This document shows, in pieces, positions 54,592-64,000 of a stretch of 64,000 bases of DNA. Position 1 is the first letter of the stretch, and the number at the start of each line of letters is the position of its first letter. The translations under genes and the position numbers were made by a program. The DNA is taken from NCBI GenBank assembly GCA_951406725.2, contig OX597825.1, positions 78,616,001-78,680,000 on the forward strand, given 5' to 3'. The notes beneath the pieces are model-generated. The model saw only the letters and a program-made list of their open reading frames with translations, had not been told where the DNA came from and searched no databases. This stretch comes from Octopus vulgaris. Taxonomy: Eukaryota.

Positions 54592-54968
54592 GGAAGCACT
54601 CCGTCGGTTACGACGACGAGGGTTCCGGTTGATCCGAATCAACGGAACAGCCTGCTCGTGAAATTAACGTGTAAGTGGCTGAGCACTCCACAGACACGTG
54701 TACCCTTAACGTAGTATCTTGGGGATATTCAGCGTGACACAGAGAGTGACAAGGCCGGCCCTTTGAAATACAGGTACAACAGAAACAGGAAGTAAGAGAA
54801 TGTTGTGGTGAAAGAGTACAGGAGGTATCACCACCATCCCCTGCCGGAGCCTCGTGGAGCTTTAGGCGTTTTCGCTCAATAAACACTCACAACGCCCGGT
54901 CTGGGAATCGAAACCGCGATCCTATGACCGCGAGTCCGCTGCCCTAACCACTGGGCCATTGCGTCTCC
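54592..54968 (-). mobile_element. SINE family C with 12-bp TSD
   Basis: TSD agcttttgtaat at 54580-54591 and 54969-54980. Confidence 0.88.
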
Positions 54969-55286
54969 AGCTTTTGTAATAACGACGTAAGGTCAGAAAT
55001 CGTTACGGGTTGATTCATTGAATCTACCCCGATTATGTCTGGCATTTACGTTATGTACCCCGCTAATACTTTCCACTATAAGCACAAAACCTGTATTTTA
55101 GGGAGGGGAATAGACGATTACATCGACCTCGGCGTCTAAATGATACTTATTTTATAGATCGAAATGATAAAAGGCAAAGTCGACCTCGGCGGAATTTGAA
55201 CTCAGAACGTTAAGTCGGAAGAAATGCCGCTAAGCATTTCATCGGGCATGCTAACGAGTCTGACAGCTCACCGCTTTTAATATATA

Positions 55287-56123
55287 CTAGCAGAACCTGT
55301 GAATATTTCAAGGAATTAATGGTAAACTTATTGGGTTATTTCTGAAAACTTTATCCAAAAAAAAACTGAAAGCGTAGCCTGTGTCGCGTCTGTATCAAAA
55401 GATAGTCGCTCATCTGCAAATCATTGAAAAGTGAAAGAACTTGGAATACGATGATTATTTAATGCACTTTATATAAACACTCTATAGACTTTATGCACAA
55501 TTTTATAGACTTAATACACAGCACTCATGAAATAAATATTCACTCCAATTTTTCCATTTTTACCATAAGCAAAAAATATTTCGTACATATGATACAATCT
55601 TTAGTTAAATTGCATATGTCTACCGCGTAAATAAGCTTGAATATTAGTTCAATTAAAAAAAATACACTTCTCACTATCCAATCCCCACCGCCACCTCCAC
55701 CTCCACCACCTCTATCTCCACCACCACCACCAGCACCACCATCATCATCTCTCTCTCTCTCCCTCTCCCCCTCTCTCTTTCCCTCCTCTTTCTCTCCCTC
55801 TCCCTCATCTCTCTCCTCTCTCCGCTTTTCTTTAACCTCACTATCAGAACATCACTCCTCTGCTAAAATTATATTTTTAACTCTCCTCCTCTATATCATC
55901 CCTACTTTCAACTAACTTTTTTAACCGCGTAATAAATATTACGTTCCCCTACCACGCTTCTCTCTCCCTCTTTTTCTCTCTCCCACTTTTTCTCTTACTC
56001 TCTTTTTCTCTCTCCTTCTCTTTCTCTCTCTCCCCTCTTTTCTTTCTCCCTCTTTTTATCTAATCACGTGAAAGCGTTACCGACGGGCTAAGTAACGGAA
56101 CGACAAGCAGAATTATTATAAGA
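55287..56123 (-). mobile_element. Possible degenerate Helitron-like element with internal CT-rich tract
   Basis: Ends a|ctagcag at left and ttattataaga at right, resembling CTAG 3' and TC 5' ends on the minus strand; single copy, degenerate. Confidence 0.3.
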
Positions 56124-56184
56124 CGTGTATGTGCGTGTGTGTGGGTGTGTACTTATATTTATATACACTAATAATTAGAATATA

Positions 56185-56416
56185 TATTTCTTTACTATCC
56201 ACAAGGGACTAAGCATAGAGGGGACAAACAAGGACAGACAAAGGGATTAAGTTGATTATATCGATCACAGTGCGTAACTGGTACTTAATTTATCGATCCC
56301 GAAAGGATGAAAGGCAAAGTCGACCTCGGCGGAATTTGAACTCAGAACGTAACGGCAGACGAAATACGGCTACGCATTTCGCCCGGCGTGCTAACGATTC
56401 TGCCAGCTCGCCGCCT
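56185..56416 (-). mobile_element. SINE family A with 16-bp TSD
   Basis: TSD taataattagaatata at 56169-56184 and 56417-56432. Confidence 0.88.
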
Positions 56417-57290
56417 TAATAATTAGAATATAATTAACCTGATAGCATAAGTGTTCCGAACTAAAATTTAAAATACTCCGACAGTCATTGATACACATCG
56501 CATAAGTTCCTCAAATTTCGAGAGACTTTCTGTATTCAGCGGCATCAAAGACAATGGTATATCTCAGAGAGGTTTCGAAAGATCTGTAGAACATCTTGTA
56601 TTCCAAGACTTCACAGATATGGTACATCTCGAACAAGCTTCTAACTATCTATGGAATATTCTATGAAACATCTTTTATCCTTTGCCATGCTGGGGCAGCG
56701 CCATGAATTTTTAGTCGAATGAAATAATCCAAGGACTTATGTTTTAAGCCTGGTACTTGTTCTATCGATTTTTTATGCCGAACTGCTAAGTTACGGCGAC
56801 GTAAACACACCAACATCTGTTGTCAAGTTAATTTCACAAGCAGGTTGTTTCGTTGATCGGATCAACTGGAGCCCTCGTCGTCGTAACCGATGGGGTGCCA
56901 GCAAGGAAGGGATGGTTCCGACTGGAAGGCCTTATTTCATAAGTTTACTGAATCAAGGCTGGCTGAGGTGTACACATCAACAACAACAACAACAATCAGT
57001 ACATGTAAGTCAACGTGTATTTATTCTCCGTTCATACACACACATACACATACTCACACACACACACACATACATACATACACTCTCTCTCACTTTAACT
57101 CTCTCCCGCTCCTTCTACCCCTCTCTCTCTTACACACACACACACTCTCACTCTCTCTCACTCTCTCTCCCTTTCTTTTTCTCTCTCTCTCTCTTACGTA
57201 CACACGCACTCTCTCTTTAACTCCCTCTTACTCTCCCCCTCTATCTCACTCTCTCTTACACACACTCTCCTTCTCCCTCCCTTACTCCTC

Positions 57291-57321
<31 letters not shown>

Positions 57322-57527
57322 TCTCTCTCACTCTCTAACTCTCTTTTCCTCTCCCTTTCTTTCTCTCTCTCTCTCTCTTACGCACACACACTCTCTCTCT
57401 TTAACTCACTGTCCCTCTCCCCCTCTATCTTACTTATCTTACTCTCTCCCTCTCTCTCTCTCTCTTACACACACACACATAAAGTGTTTCCGGTGTTTCT
57501 CAATTTGTTTTCTCGTCCAACCACCAG

Positions 57528-57667
57528 GTGTCCTCATAGTAACGGAATCTGACGAGACTGCGGCGGCGATCATTGCCGGTGTGAAGCGCCAGGGAGGAAG
57601 TCGACGAATCGCGTTTCTTGGAATTGGTTGGGGAAAGAATATCAAATATTCAGGTATTGAAAACGAG
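57528..57667 (+). CDS. mGluR-like class C GPCR, coding exon 5 (gene continues beyond the window)
   Basis: ccaccag|(G)VLIVTESDETAAAIIAGVKRQGGSRRIAFLGIGWGKNIKYSGIENE|GTGAGT. Compare mGluR VVVCFCEG...RR.G...F..IGSDGW....GYE.E. 140 nt, phase 1 to 0. No further exon recognised up to 64000. Confidence 0.88.
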
Positions 57668-58050
57668 GTGAGTTTGTATTCTGATCCCTTCACTTCCTCA
57701 CTTTTTCTCCCTCTCTCTCTTCATCTCTCTCTCCCACCCTCCCTCTTTCTCCCTTTTTTTCCTTCCCTCTCTCAATCTCTCTCTCCCTCTCCCTTTCTCT
57801 CTCCCTCTCTCTCCCTCTCTCTCCCTCCCTCTCTCTCTCTCTCCCTTTCTCTCTCCCTCTCTCTCCCTCCCTCTTTCTCTCTCTCTCTAACTCACATGAG
57901 AAAAGCATAAACAGCCAGAAATGCGTTCCTATGCTGAAAATGGTACATTTGCACTTTTATCATAAGTGAGAATTTTTTTCTGCACGACAATCTACAGAAA
58001 GATAATTTTTAGAAGTTAAAATATGTCACAAACATATTTGGACTAACCTA

Positions 58051-58093
<43 letters not shown>

Positions 58094-58739
58094 GGATTCT
58101 TGTCTTGTAGATGAGGGATAAGGGTGTCTGCAATTTCTTGCTAAACAGATTATTCGTTTATAGTGATCAAATGTTTGTGCAAAGCTCACTCCCTCCATCA
58201 AAATCGACGTCCCTCGTACGGTGTGGTGCAGGTCAGGGGTCGAAGTGATCGCAAAGTAACGTGAGATGAAGCGTTTATCTCAAGAACACAACGCACCACT
58301 TGTACCGGAGATCGAATCCCGCAATCGGCAATGCAAAACACACACACACACATACACGCACACACACACACACACACGCGCACATATACAACTCAAAGGT
58401 GATAATGCCATATAGACATACAAGTAATATGTGACGTAGGACATCACGTGTTACATGTAAGTAAATATCAGATTACCTGAACGAGTCAATTATTCTTTTC
58501 TACTCTGGACACAAGGCCCAAAATTTTTGGGGAGGTGGCCACGCGATTAGATCGACTCCAGTACGCGACTTGTACTTAATTTATCGACCCCGAAAGGATG
58601 AAAGGCAATGTCGACCTCGGCAGAATTTGAACTCAGAACGTAAAGACAGACAAAATTCCGCTAAGCATTTCACCTGACCTGTTAACGTTTCTGCCAGCTC
58701 ACCACCTTGTTGTTGTTTATTTCATCCTTTAGGAGGAAC

Positions 58740-59044
58740 GGTTGTTTGTTCCTTCTCGAGCCACGCTTGGCTCTTAAGGGCCGGTTTCCCGGTTTCCTTG
58801 GCGTATAGGTTCCCCACCTGGACGGGACGCCGGTCCGTCGCAGGTGAGCTGCAAGATGCAGGAGGAAAGAGTGAGAGAAAGTTGTGGCGAAAGAGTCAGC
58901 AGAAGTTCGCCATTACCTTCTGCCGGAGCCGCGTGGAGCTTAGGTGTTTCGCTCATAAACACACATATCACCCGGTCTGAGATTCGAAACCGCAATCCCA
59001 CGACCGCGAGTCCACTGCTCTAACTACTAGGCCATGTGCCTCCA
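58740..59044 (-). mobile_element. SINE with family-C head and a different body and tail
   Basis: Head matches family C through ctcactctttcctcctg, then cctgcgacggaccggcgtcccgtccagg...gaaaccggcccttaagagcc..tggctcgagaagg and an (aaca)n tail. Confidence 0.75.
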
Positions 59045-59313
59045 CGCTCGCTGCCTTACAAGTCTATGAATAATGAATGAATAAGATTTAACCAAAGTAG
59101 AAAAGACCAGAGAATATCTTTGTTATTTCAATAAAATTCAAATGGAGGCGGTAAGCTAGCAGGAACGGTACCGCACTGGGAAAAAATCCTAACCACATTT
59201 AGTCCTTCTTTATGCTCGAAGTCCAAATAACCCTGGAGTAGACTTTGTCTTGCATTCATTTTGGGGTCAATAAAATAAGTACCTGTTACATATTGGGGTC
59301 GTTGTACTCGACT

Positions 59314-59735
59314 TGGCTGTGTGGTAAGTAGCTTGCTTACCAACTACATGGTTCCGGGTTCAGTCCCACTGCGTGGCACCTTGGGCAAGTGTGTTCCACT
59401 GTAGCTTCTTGCTGACCAAAGCCTTGTGAGTGGATTTGCTAGACGGAAACTGAAAGAAGCCTGTCGTATATATATATGTGTGTGTGTACGTGTGCGTGTG
59501 TACGTGTGTGTGTGTGTGTGTGTGTGTACGTGTGTGTGTGTGTGTCTTTGTCCCCCCAACATCGATTGACAACCGATGCTGGTGTGTTTACGTCCCCGTC
59601 ACTTAGCGGTTCGGCAAGAGAGTCCGATAGAATAAGTACTAGGCTTACAAAGAATAAGTGCTGGTGTCGATTTGCTCGACTAAAGGCGGTGCTCCAGCAT
59701 GGCCGCACTCAAATAACTGAAACAAATCAAAGAAT
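59314..59735 (+). mobile_element. SINE family B
   Basis: Collinear with family B; internal (GT)n. Confidence 0.85.
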
Positions 59736-60750
59736 ATAAGAATACCCTGAAATTTCTGGCATTGTTCCCAAAATTCTGAATGAAGATAAATCAAAAGAAA
59801 GGCGGTCCCGTGAAAGAAATAATAGTTTCTTTAAAGCTCTTTTCATTCCGCGTTGAAACGACGTTAACTTTATTTTTCAGCTTTTCAACTCAATAGAATT
59901 ACGGTATCAGTTAAATATTGAAATCGAGATGGTCGATTGTAAATCTCCTCCAAATTTGATGCGTTTTGACAATAAGTAATCAATACAAACTCAACGTTGA
60001 TGATGAGATAGAATTTAAAACCAAATTTGTTTGGTTTTTTTTTTGCTCGCTTATATTTTTCTTTCTTTATTTTTTCCTTTGGTTTTGGATAATTATTTTT
60101 AACTTCTCTGGGTTTTCTAGTTTTAAAAGCTTAATTGATATAGAAATGTTTTCAAAAAACATGAAATTGGTGAAGATCAAATTTTTAAAAAATAAAATTT
60201 TTTTTACGAAAAAATAAATTTAAATTTATATTTTCAATTTGAATATTTTTATTTTTAAAAACATAATAATTGGAAATATTACTTTTAAACAACTTAAATT
60301 TGTATTTTATTCAATTAATTTTTATGTTAATTTCAATTTGAGTTAAAATATACGAAGTTCGATTTCAAAATTTTTTCTCTTGTTTTCGGAATAATAATTT
60401 TTAATTTTCGTTTTTTTTTTTGTCAATTTAAAATTTCGAATTAAATTTTAATAAACTGGAAAACACTAAAGAGAAATTTATTGAAATTCATCATTCCAAG
60501 CGATAACATAAACGCAAATACGACAAAAGCGGTAGAGAAACTTACAAAACTCTATATCAGTCTTTAAACCTTAACCCTAAACCCTAACACTCAACCTTAA
60601 TCATAACACTAAGCCTTGGGACTTAAGCCTAACCCTAACCCTAAAGCCTTGTTCATAATCTAGATAAAAAAGAGAACTATGTAAATCAAAGAGTTTACCT
60701 TTGTGTGATTATTCAAATTGCTAGGAATAGCAGCTGAATCTTCCTCAACT

Positions 60751-60971
60751 CACATACTACCATCTTATTACCAGATGCATTTGGATTATCTAGCCTAGTT
60801 ACATTGTGTCTAAAAATAATTTGGGATGGTCACAGCCTTAACGCTTTTTATCATAGTGTTTTATCACATACTACCATCTTATTATTTGGATTATCTAGCC
60901 TAGTTATATTGTGTCTAAAAATAATTTGGGATGGTCACAGCCTTAACGCTTTTTATCATAGTGTTTTATCA
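60751..60971. repeat. ~110-bp tandem duplication
   Basis: cacatactaccatcttatta...tttatcatagtgttttatc occurs twice head to tail. Confidence 0.85.
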
Positions 60972-61551
60972 GGCTGATTTTGTGTCGAGCAACAGCATAC
61001 CTTTCGCCCTCATCACGAATGTCATTTATTCTGAGTTCAAATCCTGCTGGAGTAAATTTTGCTCCTTTCTCGAGGTCAACCGGTCTTAATATCTTTTTTT
61101 TTTCTTCTTTAAAACGAGTGACCTCTTGCTTGTCTTAGATTCTGAGGTCAGTCAATTCTGAGATTGACAGAATCGGCAGAGCGTTGGATAATGTGTCTGA
61201 CATTATTTAGTCACGTCTTTCTATCTATGTTTCTGAGTTCAAATCGCGCAAAGGGTAAATTCGCTTTTCATCTTTCCAGGACGTACGGTGTTGTGCATGA
61301 TTAAAGGAGACTAGATGCTGTTGAGTAAATCATCTCTGAAAAACAGGAGTGTTTCGTTCATCATCCTTAAACAACCCTTATTTAGAAACCTTTGGGAAAC
61401 TAACTGGGTCCCACCTAACTTTTGGAAACTAACTGGGTCCCACCTACAAGGTCATGCGCTGTTTGTCTTTATATGAGATCACCATGTTGCGCGCATACGG
61501 GATGCACGTGCCTTGTACCCTTATCAGATGAGTAGTGTTGATGGGTATATT

Positions 61552-61812
61552 TATTTCTTTATTGCTAAACATAGAGAGGCTAAACATAGAGAGGACAAAC
61601 AAGAACAGACAAAGGGATTAAATCGATTACATAGACCCCAATGTGTAACTGGTACTTATTTAATCAACCACCCACCCCCGAAAGGATTAAAGGCAAAGTC
61701 GACCTCGGCGGAATTTGAACTCAGACGAAATAACGGTAGACGAAATACAGCAGGTGAAATACTGCTAAGCATTTCACCCGATGTGCTAACGATTCTGCCA
61801 GCTCGCCGCCCT
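61552..61812 (-). mobile_element. SINE family A with TSD
   Basis: TSD ttgatgggtatatt at 61538-61551 and 61819-61832. Confidence 0.82.
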
Positions 61813-61904
61813 GGAGTCTTGATGGGTATATTGAGCTTCGTATATTCTTCCTCAGTGTCACTTTGCAGCATGCACTGCTCTCTCACTCAATAATAATAAT
61901 AATA

Positions 61905-62063
61905 AACCTTGATGGGTACATCCCATATACTACGGAAAGCACTCTCCATCTAAAATGGAATAAACGTGGTGATGATTGTAGCATGCAGAACAAAACAAAA
62001 GTGCCTTTGCTACTCTTGACCTCCGGAGGATGAACGGTACTAAGGCAGCTGAAATAAAGGGCA
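61905..62063 (+). mobile_element. Extremely 5'-truncated R4/Dong 3' end in (TAA)n
   Basis: Encodes LMGTSHILRKALSI* (compare LRTAYILRKVLSV*) followed by a 3'UTR; (AAT)n on the left, (AAC/AAT)n on the right. Confidence 0.65.
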
Positions 62064-62491
62064 AACAACAACAACAACAATAACAACAATAATAATAATA
62101 ATAATGATAATAATAATAATAATAAGGCGAGCTGACAAATCGTTGGTACGCCGGACAAAACACTGAGCGGCATTTATTCCGGCTCTCGCTGTTTAGAGTT
62201 AAAATTCCGCAAAGATTGACTTTGCCATTCATCCTTTCGGGGTCGATTAAATAAGTGTAAGTTGCACACTGGCGTCGATTTAACCGACTTAAATCCTCCC
62301 CAAAAACTTTCAGCCCTTGTGCCTCTAACAGAATGGACTATTAGAAATATATATTGTTTTAGTCAGCTAGTACATGGAGTCTCCAGCGAAATTTGCTGAT
62401 CAGGCATCTTGTAGCGGAGGGGATAGTGGTGGTGGTGGTGATAGGAGGGGAAGGTGTTTTGTGACTTTGGTACAAGGCATCAGTAGAGACC

Positions 62492-62525
<34 letters not shown>

Positions 62526-62574
62526 CTCTCGGTCAATAGGCTTAGTTGATAATCATTAGCAATTGTCGTAGTTC

Positions 62575-62657
<83 letters not shown>

Positions 62658-62671
62658 ACATATATATATAT

Positions 62672-62731
<60 letters not shown>

Positions 62732-62856
62732 CTATCTATCTATCTATGTATTTATATGTATAAATTACACATTAATGCACACAGCATTAACAGACACACA
62801 CATACAACAAAGTTATATGCACTTAGCTATATATATGCGCGCGTGCATGTGCGAAC

Positions 62857-62939
<83 letters not shown>

Positions 62940-63229
62940 TGACATCAAGCTGTGTTGACAATATGGTGAGAATCAAAGATAAGAAGTGGGTGAAGAGCTC
63001 GCTAAAATGGCGGTCGTTTGATAAACAATGACATAGCTAGGTCAAGGGAACATGGCGGAAGGAGAAGGGGGAGACAAACTAATTAAGACTAAAAAAATCC
63101 TTACACTTTGTCTAATACACCACACACTATATATTTCCCTCTCTGTCGCTCTCTCTTTCTCTCGCTATACATAGAAAGACATACATAATTGTACGTATAT
63201 GTGTGTGTGTATGTATGTATGTATGTATG

Positions 63230-63301
<72 letters not shown>

Positions 63302-63648
63302 CGTATATCTGTATTATGAGAGGTTTAATTATTGGTTCATCCAGTATTTTTTCGTATGCGAGAAACGTATATTAAAATTATTTCATTTCTTTTTCTTTTA
63401 GCTCTTTTGCACACACACGTGTAGACGTACTCATATGTGAATTTATGTGTGTCCGAGTGTACTTGTGTGTGTATGTGTCTGTGAGTGTAGGAATCTGTGT
63501 GTGTGTGTCTGTATGCTTGTCTGTATGTGTTTCCAGGTTTATATCAGACACTGTCACCCTCAGATTTTGGTAACCTGTCCTTGACACTTACAAATTTAAA
63601 TTTACTACTACATATTTATATATGCATGTGTATATGTGTGTAACCGTA

Positions 63649-63695
<47 letters not shown>

Positions 63696-63743
63696 ATGTA
63701 TGTATATAAACAATAATAAATCTCTAAGCGAAAATACTTCACG

Positions 63744-63774
<31 letters not shown>

Positions 63775-64000
63775 AAAATTTTTTTAATAAATATATATAT
63801 ATATATCAAAAGAAAAACAGGATGCAAAGGATTTAGCGGTACATATGTTTCCGGCTTTATTAGACAGTTTATATCAATGCATAATTGATGTAATATGTAT
63901 GTCAATAGCCTTCCTCAGCCGCGCACAATTACCACACCAAAGACATGTATTACATTATTATAAGTTTGGGAAGCAAATCCTCATAGTCGCATACAGCAGA

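Noticed and set aside
60565-60645. Telomere or chromosome end
   Set aside because: Short, degenerate, internal CCCTAA units only.
63537-63584. Possible sixth receptor exon after ttccag
   Set aside because: Phase-0 translation (VYIRHCHPQILVTCP*) does not resemble the expected AxGxITI region and stops.

Overview
Eukaryotic, AT-rich genomic DNA dense in microsatellites and SINEs. The SINE repertoire (CORE-type, Meta/Nin-type and tRNA-headed families) suggests an octopus or other coleoid cephalopod (inference). One host gene can be read: five frame-consistent GT-AG exons on the + strand (32241-32637, 50424-50581, 52044-52214, 54344-54491, 57528-57667; 338 codons, continuing beyond the window). 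They encode a signal peptide and the N-terminal Venus-flytrap domain of a metabotropic-glutamate-receptor-like class C GPCR. By manual alignment most glutamate-binding residues are replaced, so it is probably an orphan receptor that does not bind glutamate. The rest is mobile DNA: SINEs, R4/Dong-type LINE fragments beside trinucleotide repeats, Helitron/Helentron non-autonomous elements, Tc1/mariner and other MITEs, and a 184-bp-arm inverted repeat with two type I hammerhead ribozyme motifs (Penelope-like). Also notable: a 53-bp palindrome containing five E-boxes, and a local templated copy of the exon-4 splice donor flanked by a 17-bp target duplication. Almost all ORFs in the supplied track are microsatellite artefacts. 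All alignments were done by eye; no database searches were run.
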